Virus record (IMG/VR): IMGVR_UViG_3300047290_000213
Location: 1 to 28,567 of that record
From: a virus
Lineage: Duplodnaviria > Caudoviricetes
Length of the DNA: 28,567 nucleotides
Direction: 5' to 3' (one strand)
The notes beneath the pieces are model-generated. The model did not search any database and had not been told where the DNA came from. It saw only the letters and a list, made by a program, of their open reading frames with translations. Below, piece by piece: positions 7,616-16,118 of the stretch. Position 1 is the first letter of the stretch, and every line of letters starts with the position of its first letter. Position numbers and translations under genes: made by a program.

Positions 7616-9193
7616 ATGATACTAGATAACCTATTCACACTCACTGAAGGCAAGAAAGATCCCAACGTCAGCCACAAAAACAATCCCTGGCGCGTGAGCG
7701 AGGCTCGGCATGTACACACCACCAAGCAGGACTGGATGGGTCTGCCAAATCTCGGTGATCCAGCCAAGGTCGATGTCCAGCGTGATTGGAAGAAACCAAC
7801 GACCCAAACACATTGCCCAGGCTGTTATAGCCAGGATATCAAGACCTACAGTGATGGTGAAAAACAATGTAACCAATGTCACAAAACTTGGGATGTCAAA
7901 GGTGTGGCGGAAGGCTCTCTAGACGAAGCAAAGCATTCTGACAATAAACAGGAAGATGCAATCAATCGTAAACTCTGGGCTATTGCCAAAGCTAAAGGTA
8001 TCTCACGTTTAGAAGCCGAACGCTTATACGGCAATAAGGTAAAGACAGCAGTAGAAAAGCAAGGTGTGGAGGAAGGCCGATTTGAAGAACCACTTACAGG
8101 TTGGCACATTGTATATCGCAAGTCTGGTAATCCAGTTCATGCTACGCCCAGTTTTGAAACAAAAACCCAGGCACAAAAATATTTGATGACTAAAATGTTT
8201 GCCAATCATCAGGATTATAAAGTAGTTCATACCGCCGGAGTAGGTGCTGTGGCGGAAATGGACAAGAGCCAACCTAGTCACGGTCGCGACGGGAAGATCA
8301 GCCACAGCACCTACGGTTCAAGAGACAAAAAGGGTTCAGATTATTTCAAAGGCAAGGAAGCACCTGGCAAAGCAATTACAGCCAAACAAGCATCAAAAGA
8401 CGCACTTGACATTTTGAAAAAGCAAGGTGTGACCGAAGGCGACGTGATACGTACTAAATTTGCCACCAAACAGGCACAACGGGCCCGTGACACCTATCAA
8501 CATCAGCCTGACATAGAAATACCCCTGTACGATCGCATGAGAGACAGATCAGTACTGCCCAAATACGCGGATCTAGCAGGTGACCAGCTGGAGCCATTTG
8601 ACCATTTTGAAACTCGCAGCCGATCACCTCGTGTGACCCAGATAGTGGGCGTCACACGAGATTTCCGCGAGTTGGTGGTCAGCACCATGATGGCAGAACC
8701 AAAGGTGGTCAGCAAATTTGTCGACGCCATGAATCGTGGCGGTTTTAGCGACGTGCCCATACAGCGTGTACCCATAAAGGGTTATGATGTGGAGGAAGGC
8801 CAGGCCTGGTGGTCCGGGGCGACCACTCCGGCAGGCCACAAAATCGTGGCCAAACAAAATGAAAAAATCCAGGGAAACAAGTTTGTGTATCAGGGTTATG
8901 TCATTGAATTCAAACCTACCGAATACACTATCAGCAAAGCACTGAAAACCGTTTACAAGAAATCCGGTGATTATAGCCAACCTACTCGATTGAATCTTGC
9001 TGCTGCCCGTCGTGTGGTGGATATGCTGGTACGAAAATATACCTCAGGAAATGTAGAGGAAGCCCAAGACGCCTGCTACCACAAGGTGCGCAGCCGTTAC
9101 AAGGTCTGGCCGTCGGCCTATGCGTCCGGTGCTCTGGTGCAGTGTCGCAAGAAAGGTGCTGCCAACTGGGGCACCGGCGGAAAGAAAAAATGA
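7616..9193 (+). CDS. Modular polyprotein-like protein (Zn-ribbon plus several small basic modules)
   Basis: 525-aa ORF; CPGC..CNQC; modules separated by GVAEG, GVEEG, AVAEM, GVTEG, DVEEG, NVEEA. Confidence 0.7.
   Translation: MILDNLFTLTEGKKDPNVSHKNNPWRVSEARHVHTTKQDWMGLPNLGDPAKVDVQRDWKKPTTQTHCPGCYSQDIKTYSDGEKQCNQCHKTWDVKGVAEGSLDEAKHSDNKQEDAINRKLWAIAKAKGISRLEAERLYGNKVKTAVEKQGVEEGRFEEPLTGWHIVYRKSGNPVHATPSFETKTQAQKYLMTKMFANHQDYKVVHTAGVGAVAEMDKSQPSHGRDGKISHSTYGSRDKKGSDYFKGKEAPGKAITAKQASKDALDILKKQGVTEGDVIRTKFATKQAQRARDTYQHQPDIEIPLYDRMRDRSVLPKYADLAGDQLEPFDHFETRSRSPRVTQIVGVTRDFRELVVSTMMAEPKVVSKFVDAMNRGGFSDVPIQRVPIKGYDVEEGQAWWSGATTPAGHKIVAKQNEKIQGNKFVYQGYVIEFKPTEYTISKALKTVYKKSGDYSQPTRLNLAAARRVVDMLVRKYTSGNVEEAQDACYHKVRSRYKVWPSAYASGALVQCRKKGAANWGTGGKKK
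7898..9064 (+). repeat. Dispersed in-frame repeat, approx. (AAGCAA)GGTGTGGMGGAAGGC, 6 copies
   Basis: Copies at 7898-7915, 8057-8077, 8246-8257, 8420-8440, 8786-8800, 9050-9064, with variable identity. Confidence 0.7.
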
Positions 9194-9543
9194 CCTATCT
9201 GGAGATCCTGGAAAGCTGCTGGCAGGGCTATCGTCAACAGGGCACAAAGCACAAGGGTGGCCGACAGGTACCCAACTGTGTGCCCGTGAGCGAACAGCAC
9301 ATGGAAGAAGATCTGCGCAAGTGGTTCCGGGAGAAATGGGTTCGCTTCAATCCCCAGGGCAAGATCATGGGTCCTTGTGCGCGTGGCAGCGACAGAGAGG
9401 GCAAGCCCAAGTGTCTACCCCAGGCCAAGGCCCATGCGCTGGGCAAACGAGGTCGTGCATCTGCAGCAGCTCGCAAGCGCAGACAAGATCCCAATCCCGA
9501 ACGCCGAGGCGCGGCCCGTAATGTGGCCACCAAACGATCATGA
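9190..9543 (+). CDS. Small basic two-module phage protein
   Basis: MTYLEILE-SCWQGY...VPNCVP, then HMEE-DLRKWFREKWV...PKCLP; ATGA overlap with the upstream stop. Confidence 0.7.
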   Translation: MTYLEILESCWQGYRQQGTKHKGGRQVPNCVPVSEQHMEEDLRKWFREKWVRFNPQGKIMGPCARGSDREGKPKCLPQAKAHALGKRGRASAAARKRRQDPNPERRGAARNVATKRS

Positions 9544-9728
9544 GACTGATTGAGTTCGCCGAGGGATTTGGTCTATACTCAGCTCGGGTGCGCGTGAAGA
9601 ATCCCATGTACACCCAAGGTGTTGACGTGGCCGTGTATGCCAAGAATCCCCAAATGGCCCGAGAACTGCTCAAGGCCCAATATGGTCACGACAGCATCGT
9701 GGCCGATGTGCGCAAGATTTCCGACTGA
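9540..9728 (+). CDS. Hypothetical protein (62 aa)
   Basis: ATGA overlap; starts MRLIEFAEG. Confidence 0.65.
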   Translation: MRLIEFAEGFGLYSARVRVKNPMYTQGVDVAVYAKNPQMARELLKAQYGHDSIVADVRKISD

Positions 9729-9752
9729 TCCCGCAGGGTCGATACATAACTG

Positions 9753-10577
9753 ATGTTTGATATCTGTACCGTGGTATTCCAGGACGAGCTGCCTATCCTG
9801 CGCAGCCAAGCCCAAAGCCTGGATCTCTATGCCTGGAATCTCCAGCCACGATCCATATGGGTCGTGGTCAACGACCAAGCCCATGTGGCCCAGATGATCG
9901 ACCCCGCTTGGTGGGGCGATCTGGCGCCGCGTGTGCATGTGCTCACCCGCGATGTTTTTGGCTCACGCTGGAGTGAAACGGGCTGGGTAAGCCAACAGGC
10001 ACTCAAACTCATGGTGCCCGCGATCAGCAACCAGCCATGGACACTGTGCTTGGATGCCAAGACCCTGCTGGTGCATGCCCTGGCCGCCACGGACCTGGTA
10101 GATCGTGAAGGGCGTGCCAGGGTGGGTCGCTGTCCCATATATCCGGTATTTGAAGCCAGCCGTGAGATCAGTGAGCAGTTTTGGCACGTGACACTGGCTG
10201 ATCAACTGGGGCCTGGCGGCGTGCCGTTCCTGTTTCACAACCCGTCGGTCAAGCACATGATCGCTCATGTGGTCGAGCGCACCCAGGAACATTTCCCCCA
10301 TTGGTTCCAAGACCAGGGTTGTCTCACGGAATTCATGTTTTACTCGGCCTGGATACAGCACCAGGCACTGGATCTCTACACTGGGCCCAGCGTGATACGC
10401 CCAGTGAACCTGTGCCACAGCGAGCCACAGGCATTTGATCACAAAGCCCAGCAATGGCCTCAGGCCACCACCGTGAGCATACATCGCGGCGCTTGGCCTC
10501 GGCTCACTGCACAGCAGCAGGAAACCTATCGCACATTCCTGGCCCAGCGCGGCATCACCCACTGGGAGCAGCCATGA
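9753..10577 (+). CDS. Glycosyltransferase-like (GT-A / DUF6492-like) protein
   Basis: GWVSQQALKL..LCLDAK..TEFMFY pattern; preceded by TACATA at 9743-9748. Confidence 0.5.
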   Translation: MFDICTVVFQDELPILRSQAQSLDLYAWNLQPRSIWVVVNDQAHVAQMIDPAWWGDLAPRVHVLTRDVFGSRWSETGWVSQQALKLMVPAISNQPWTLCLDAKTLLVHALAATDLVDREGRARVGRCPIYPVFEASREISEQFWHVTLADQLGPGGVPFLFHNPSVKHMIAHVVERTQEHFPHWFQDQGCLTEFMFYSAWIQHQALDLYTGPSVIRPVNLCHSEPQAFDHKAQQWPQATTVSIHRGAWPRLTAQQQETYRTFLAQRGITHWEQP

Positions 10578-11128
10578 ATACTGCTGTGATGCTGGTAGCA
10601 CACCCCGATGACTGCGTGATATTTGGCTGGAGCTTCATGCACCATCACCCCAGGCTGGCCTGGGGCATAGTGTACTTGACCTATGATGCCAACAGTGCCC
10701 GCGGCACAGAGTTCCGCCGCTTCTGGAACCAGCGACGAGTGCCCACCACGTTCCTAGGCTTCCGGGATGACTGGCAGGACCAAGAACGTCAGACCCTGCA
10801 TCATTGGAATCGTGTGGATGCTGCGGACGCCTGTTGGGCAGCCGTGAGAGATGCAGATCTGGTGCTCACGCACGATGCCCGGGGCGATTACGGACATATA
10901 CACCATCAGGTGGTCTATGAGTCAGTGTGCCAGCATCCACGACTGGTCACCTTCGCGGCCCCGGGCCAGGGCACGCATCACTATGGCCTGCCCCCGGGCT
11001 TGTGGCACGACCAGGAATTGCCCCAACATGCTGCCATCATACATGGCTTTCATCGAGGCACACACAGCAACAGTTATCACATGGCAGATCTCACCCAGCA
11101 GTGGTTGGAGCAACAACGATGCATCTAA
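10574..11128 (+). CDS. PIG-L/LmbE family N-acetylhexosamine deacetylase
   Basis: VAHPDD and THDARGDYGHIHH motifs; ATGA overlap supports a start at 10574. Confidence 0.75.
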   Translation: MNTAVMLVAHPDDCVIFGWSFMHHHPRLAWGIVYLTYDANSARGTEFRRFWNQRRVPTTFLGFRDDWQDQERQTLHHWNRVDAADACWAAVRDADLVLTHDARGDYGHIHHQVVYESVCQHPRLVTFAAPGQGTHHYGLPPGLWHDQELPQHAAIIHGFHRGTHSNSYHMADLTQQWLEQQRCI

Positions 11129-11922
11129 TGGTAGCAGGTTGCAGTTTTAGTGCTGTGAGCAAAACGCTGCCGGGCACCAGCTGGAGCGAACAGCTGGCCG
11201 ATCAGCTGGGCTGGCAGCTTACCAACTTGGCCCGGCAGGGTTGCAGCAACGGTGGCATACGTGTGCAGATCGATGAGATCCTGCGCCAACGTCCCACTTT
11301 CGCCATAGTCACGCCCACGTTCTGGGATCGCATGGAGATACCCGCCACTGCCGCGCCCTTTGACTGGAAACAATCACGCACGGGTTGGAATCCCGCGGTG
11401 CAGCAGCACCTCCAGGATCGCACCATCCACAATGGCTATGATAGGTCAGCAGGTATTGATAACGTGAACTATGGACACAATGCCTCACGCATGATCTGCG
11501 AGACCATCTACACTCTGGCCGAGAACTTTGATCATCCCTATAGGTCCGGAAAAATCAGCAAAGAGGCACAGACCGCAGTGCGGCACTACATCGACGCTAT
11601 CTATGACAGCGAGTGGAAGAAACAGCAGGACGAGTGGATCATACGCGAAGGCATATTCCAGCTGTACCATGCGGGCATTGACTTCCTGTTGGTGCCGGTG
11701 CTGCTGTGGCCTTTTGATCCCGATCTGGGCCGGGAACAGTGGCGGCGTGTGTTGCCCGCGGCCATACCCGAACGACATGTGATGTGGGACGAGAGGCAGA
11801 GCGTGTTGCCCATATCAGGTGCCTATCCCTTTGAGGGTGAAGATCCCGGTTATCACTCCAGCCCCGAGGGTCAACGTGTGATAGCCCACAACTACCACGA
11901 GAGAATTCAGGCGTTTAGATAG
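11119..11922 (+). CDS. SGNH/GDSL hydrolase-like protein
   Basis: VAGCSFS, NLARQGCSNG and C-terminal GYHSSPEGQRVIA. Confidence 0.6.
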   Translation: MHLMVAGCSFSAVSKTLPGTSWSEQLADQLGWQLTNLARQGCSNGGIRVQIDEILRQRPTFAIVTPTFWDRMEIPATAAPFDWKQSRTGWNPAVQQHLQDRTIHNGYDRSAGIDNVNYGHNASRMICETIYTLAENFDHPYRSGKISKEAQTAVRHYIDAIYDSEWKKQQDEWIIREGIFQLYHAGIDFLLVPVLLWPFDPDLGREQWRRVLPAAIPERHVMWDERQSVLPISGAYPFEGEDPGYHSSPEGQRVIAHNYHERIQAFR

Positions 11923-12968
11923 TTCATGACCAGCTGCCTGCATTGATCCAATTTGGTGCGGCGGAAAGCAAACAGATGGTCACGGTTATGATCCAATCTG
12001 TCACGTATCTGGTCCAGTACCCATTCAGGATCCTGCTTACTCAGCTGTTGTACCTGTTGCCAGGCCTGCTGCCAACGTGTGACATCATCGGGCTCGCTGT
12101 CGTAGCTTTCGTCTATGACGTTGTCAAAAGTTTGGAAGCCTAGATCACGGAGGCGTGCCAGCCAGCCTCCTACGCCAAAATGCACAAACAGTCGACGTGC
12201 GAACAGACACTTGGCGATCTTTTCCGCTATACCAAATTGCGTATTGCCTGCGCTAAGAGTCTCTACTATGATGCTGTAATAGCTGCGATCATAGATCTGC
12301 CAGGGCACAATGCTGCTGATCGTGTTGTCAAGATCAGCTCTCACCTCCCAAGCGGGATCTAGGTTGGGGCTAACATAGGGCCATCGCAACTGGGCATGAG
12401 GCCACAGACACTGCACCCGGGGCGTCACTGCCTGCACGCTGGCGTTGAGAAAGATGTCCCGATAGGTAACCAAACTGCGATCCAGGAGATCGCTATGCTG
12501 GAAACTCAGCATCACAAAATCTCGATGTTCGCGGCGAGCGCCCAACAAAGCATCCCATAACCAAGCACGATGTCTGGGGAAATCATCGTGGGTTTGATTT
12601 TGGGGTATAAAGCTGAATATCCAACTGGGGCTCCATATGGCTCGGGTGTGTGGGGTTTCTCTGAAATCTCGGTAGCCCAGCATTAACAACCAATTGTCCA
12701 CGTGCTGGGTCTGGATCCAGGCCAACAGTTCAGACTGGTATCGATATTCTATATCTGTGAACAGCACCAGGTCAAACTGAGCCAGGTCCAGCTGGCTATA
12801 CTGAGGCAAATAACTGAATTCTGTCTGTCTATCGCAGTAGACCGGCAACACCGCTATGCATCTGGGCTGACGCAGCGCCGTGTCGAGGTCTACCAGCTGG
12901 TTGTAGTCAAACCCCCAGTTGATGGCCTGGTATCCGGGTGAGTAGACCTTGAGCTCATTGAAGTCCAT
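11907..12968 (-). CDS. Hypothetical glycosyltransferase-like (GT-B C-terminal type) protein
   Basis: YYSIIVET..EKIAKCL..F..LRDLGFQTF..IDESYD motif, familiar from large-phage glyco clusters; start placed at MDFNEL. Confidence 0.45.
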   Translation of the reverse strand: MDFNELKVYSPGYQAINWGFDYNQLVDLDTALRQPRCIAVLPVYCDRQTEFSYLPQYSQLDLAQFDLVLFTDIEYRYQSELLAWIQTQHVDNWLLMLGYRDFRETPHTRAIWSPSWIFSFIPQNQTHDDFPRHRAWLWDALLGARREHRDFVMLSFQHSDLLDRSLVTYRDIFLNASVQAVTPRVQCLWPHAQLRWPYVSPNLDPAWEVRADLDNTISSIVPWQIYDRSYYSIIVETLSAGNTQFGIAEKIAKCLFARRLFVHFGVGGWLARLRDLGFQTFDNVIDESYDSEPDDVTRWQQAWQQVQQLSKQDPEWVLDQIRDRLDHNRDHLFAFRRTKLDQCRQLVMNYLNA

Positions 12969-13983
12969 GATTTCTCGCTTGATATCTACGATAGCTGTTG
13001 CCATGGTTGAGGGCCAGATGCCTGTCGTCATGCTCCGATCTAGACAACCACTCCGGGGTAGGCTGCCCAGGGCAGTGTGGCTCCGACACATGATGCTTGA
13101 TTACACCCGTAGCCCGGCTTAGGGTCTCGCGTATGCGGTCCATGTGGCGCTCAAAGTCAACGACCTCACCCCGCTCCCAGTCCATCTGCACACTGCGGGT
13201 AAGATCGGGCACGGCATCGCATACCGCTGTATGATAGTCGGGATCGAAACCACCGATGGCCTCCATGCTGGCATAGTGATAGCGCCGCTGTGGTTCAAAG
13301 GTCACGGGTCTGCGGCTCATGGTCCAGTTACCTACCAGCTCGTACTCTGACAGCCACAGTATGAGTTCGCCGTTGCCCCAGGGTGGCACGGTGGGCACAC
13401 CAGGGCAACTGTCCAGTATGGCAGTCAACCAATCCTGTTGATGCGTGCGTTCCAGATAATCACGCATGGCCCGTATGTCTTGTTTGAACACGGGCACATA
13501 TTCGCTGATGAAACAGTGCGGGGTCTGTCGTGGAAAACCAAAAGCATTGCGTATGGTTTCATAATATCCCCAGGTATGGCGTTGATTTTCCAGGACCTGG
13601 TAATTGAGCACACCATTTTTCATGGGTTGATAGGGCTGTATCAAGATGCAATCGGGATCGTTCATGACCATGAGATCATAGTCCAGATAGTCCAGGAAAG
13701 CCAGTTTGATGGCCTGCTGGCGCAACCACCAGCCGCGGTAGTCTCCGGGCAGCACCCAACTATTGACTTGGGGATACAGCCGATATATTTCGGAGTCGGG
13801 CGCATAGTCAAATTGGGAGGTGTCTATGCCGTATTTGTCAAACAAGGGCCACAGTTCTGCCTGGGGCACAGGACTGGCTATGCAGGTACGATCTATACCC
13901 ACGAGGTTGTGAGCAAACTGCAGGCTCATGATGGCATGGGGCACACGGTAACGTGCTAGGTATACGATTTTGGCCGTGGTCAT
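12955..13983 (-). CDS. Glycosyltransferase-like (DUF6492-like) protein, distant paralog of 9753-10577
   Basis: GWWLRQQAIKLA..MNDPD (DxD)..SEYEL; ATGA overlap with the upstream gene. Confidence 0.5.
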   Translation of the reverse strand: MTTAKIVYLARYRVPHAIMSLQFAHNLVGIDRTCIASPVPQAELWPLFDKYGIDTSQFDYAPDSEIYRLYPQVNSWVLPGDYRGWWLRQQAIKLAFLDYLDYDLMVMNDPDCILIQPYQPMKNGVLNYQVLENQRHTWGYYETIRNAFGFPRQTPHCFISEYVPVFKQDIRAMRDYLERTHQQDWLTAILDSCPGVPTVPPWGNGELILWLSEYELVGNWTMSRRPVTFEPQRRYHYASMEAIGGFDPDYHTAVCDAVPDLTRSVQMDWERGEVVDFERHMDRIRETLSRATGVIKHHVSEPHCPGQPTPEWLSRSEHDDRHLALNHGNSYRRYQARNHGLQ

Positions 13984-14576
13984 TTGATGCATGGCAAGTC
14001 CTTGATCTGATCTCGGTGCCACAGTTCCATTTTCCTAGTACCCATTTCAAAAACACAATCAGTACCCCGGGGAAAAAGCCAAGGTTCTGCATACCAGTTC
14101 ACTTGTGTTGTGTGGAATTGGCCGTCATACACTATGTCTTGATTGGCTACTCCATCCACCTGTGTCATCATGATCCAGGGTATGTCGCTGGCCAGCCAAT
14201 TCTGCAAGGCTCTCAAACGATCCCTATCACTGAGGTGGATCATGACATCTCTAATCCATAGCAGATCGCAGGGAGGTATGGGATCGCGGGTAATATCGTG
14301 TACCATGATATCAAGGTCGGTCTGGCACATGGCTCTGGCCACCGCGCTGAGGCTGATGTCGCCGCCTCGATAGGCCACCCCAAACGTTTGGGTGTTCATC
14401 CATTGACAATCATTGCAGCCCGCATCAAACATGCTGGTCACGCTGTGTTTGGCGAAAAACGCACCAAGATCGTGGAACACGCCCTGGGTGAAGGCTGTGC
14501 TGCTGACCCCGCGTTCATGATCAGGGGGCATGCTGGAATAACATTGAGTCCAAAATCGTTGCGCGTCGAAGATCAT
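13980..14576 (-). CDS. Class I SAM-dependent methyltransferase
   Basis: MFDAGC, YRGGDIS and DLLWIRDVMIHL motifs. Confidence 0.7.
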   Translation of the reverse strand: MIFDAQRFWTQCYSSMPPDHERGVSSTAFTQGVFHDLGAFFAKHSVTSMFDAGCNDCQWMNTQTFGVAYRGGDISLSAVARAMCQTDLDIMVHDITRDPIPPCDLLWIRDVMIHLSDRDRLRALQNWLASDIPWIMMTQVDGVANQDIVYDGQFHTTQVNWYAEPWLFPRGTDCVFEMGTRKMELWHRDQIKDLPCIK

Positions 14577-15625
14577 GATAATTTCCTATTGCAGGTATTG
14601 ATACATTGATACAGTCTGCCCTGTGCGATGCTGGGTTGATTCCAAGTGGCTTCCACCGCATCAAACCACTGCATGCAGTGTGCCAGGCTGTATTCTAGAG
14701 CATTGTTTTCTCTCACCAGTCCACGCAGTTGATCGTTGCCGGGATGGCACATGGTCTGGGGATAAAATCCCAAGAAGCAGCAGGGATACACTGAACCGTC
14801 AGCGGCCAAGTAGATTTCCCTGTTGCGTTTGTGTATGCACTGCATGTCCAGGGTGGGTGTATCTCGTTCTGTGCGCACTGTTTCCGCATCGAACCAAGTG
14901 ATGTGATTGGCCAGTAGTTCTTGTATGGGTGGGGGATCCGAACTTTCGTTGCATGCCCTAGCCCCGATCCAGTGGCTGAATTCACCATGTCTGTGATAGA
15001 CTGGGCCGCGATCCCGGCCATCCCAGATGTTTTCGAATCTCTGGAATCCCCATTGTTGGGCCAGCTCGCGGCAGGCCTGTTCCTGGTGACGATTGTGGTC
15101 AAAGGGCACAAAGCGCCACACCGCTGCACCGCCAGCTTGGATAAAGGCCCGGGCATTGTCCACGATGCGCGACCAGTCTGTGTCCTGGCGATACAGCCCA
15201 TGTGTATCAGCCAGCCCATCCAACGCCCAGCCGATCTCTACGCCGGGCAGGGCCAGTTGGCTCCACCACTCAGGCGTGCGCAGGCTACCATTGGTGTTGA
15301 TCTTGACTGCCACCCCATGATCCACCAGATAGCGAACTATGGTGTCAGCGTCACGTGCCAGGCCAAAATCACCTAGGTTACCGTTGAAAATCACACCGTG
15401 GAACTGCGCAGCACTGGGTGCCAAATCTTGATGGGTCGACGGTTTCAATTGTTCCAGCACAGCGGGCGTCAGGATGTGTTGGAACTGTTCCAGGTTTAGT
15501 TCTGTAAGTGGATAACCGCTGTTGAAATCCAGTCCGCGGTAATTGCGCATGCACATGGGACAACGGGCATTGCACCTAGTGGTCAGTTCCACGTGCACTC
15601 GAATGATCTCGTTGAATTTCAGCAC
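14573..15625 (-). CDS. Radical SAM enzyme with SPASM/twitch domain
   Basis: ELTTRCNARCPMC, NTNG, YLAADGSVYPCC, C-terminal CxxxC; GTG start 4 nt after a TAAATA. Confidence 0.85.
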   Translation of the reverse strand: MLKFNEIIRVHVELTTRCNARCPMCMRNYRGLDFNSGYPLTELNLEQFQHILTPAVLEQLKPSTHQDLAPSAAQFHGVIFNGNLGDFGLARDADTIVRYLVDHGVAVKINTNGSLRTPEWWSQLALPGVEIGWALDGLADTHGLYRQDTDWSRIVDNARAFIQAGGAAVWRFVPFDHNRHQEQACRELAQQWGFQRFENIWDGRDRGPVYHRHGEFSHWIGARACNESSDPPPIQELLANHITWFDAETVRTERDTPTLDMQCIHKRNREIYLAADGSVYPCCFLGFYPQTMCHPGNDQLRGLVRENNALEYSLAHCMQWFDAVEATWNQPSIAQGRLYQCINTCNRKLS

Positions 15626-15629
15626 GCGA

Positions 15630-15657
15630 TATTTATGTGCTGGTATTTCCATAAATA
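15630..15657. promoter_or_regulatory. Divergent late promoter pair (TAAATA on both strands)
   Basis: TATTTA at 15630-15635 and TAAATA at 15652-15657. Confidence 0.65.
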
Positions 15658-15664
15658 CACAATC

Positions 15665-15955
15665 ATGGCAGATGTGATCATAGCTTGCGATGTTGACTTG
15701 GAACCCATTACTGACCAGCCGAGGTACAGGATCATGGTAAATGATCAGCTGTTTACCGAGCGTACCTGGATATGGCAGGGGCAGTATTTGGAGGAAAATC
15801 TAGCTATACGGGCCCAACCCGGGAGATATACCATTCAAGTCAATCTGGTAGCGCAGGATCAGGCCTGGGTCAACGTGCGAAACTGGCGCGTGATCAGCGG
15901 ACCTGCCAGGATCAATGAGGGTGGACAGATGGAGATATTGCATGAAAATACGTGA
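15665..15955 (+). CDS. Hypothetical protein (beta-rich, 96 aa)
   Basis: ATG 7 nt after TAAATA; MADVIIACDV... Confidence 0.6.
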   Translation: MADVIIACDVDLEPITDQPRYRIMVNDQLFTERTWIWQGQYLEENLAIRAQPGRYTIQVNLVAQDQAWVNVRNWRVISGPARINEGGQMEILHENT

Positions 15956-16118
15956 TCTGGTGGAGACTGCATCCGCAGGCGCGATGAGTGCCGGCGCTGT
16001 CGCACCTGTGGCACAGCCTCTAGGCGCCATACAGAAACGTGTGATTGAGCCTGTGCCAAATAAATACTCTAATGCAGCCCCAAAATACGTGAGAAAGACA
16101 GCCCATGCTAAAAGATGA
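15942..16118 (+). CDS. Small hypothetical protein
   Basis: GGAG SD; MKIRDLVE-TASAGAMSAGAVAPV. Confidence 0.6.
   Translation: MKIRDLVETASAGAMSAGAVAPVAQPLGAIQKRVIEPVPNKYSNAAPKYVRKTAHAKR

Noticed and set aside
7898-9064. Spaced repeats as a CRISPR array
   Set aside because: Repeats are short, degenerate and in-frame in a CDS, with irregular spacers of about 140-350 bp; no cas genes.
10454-11118. Long N-terminal extensions in the ORF track (10454, 10927; also 780, 5150, 9142, 13091, 25982)
   Set aside because: They overlap neighbouring genes; internal ATGs with coupling, SD or promoter context fit better.
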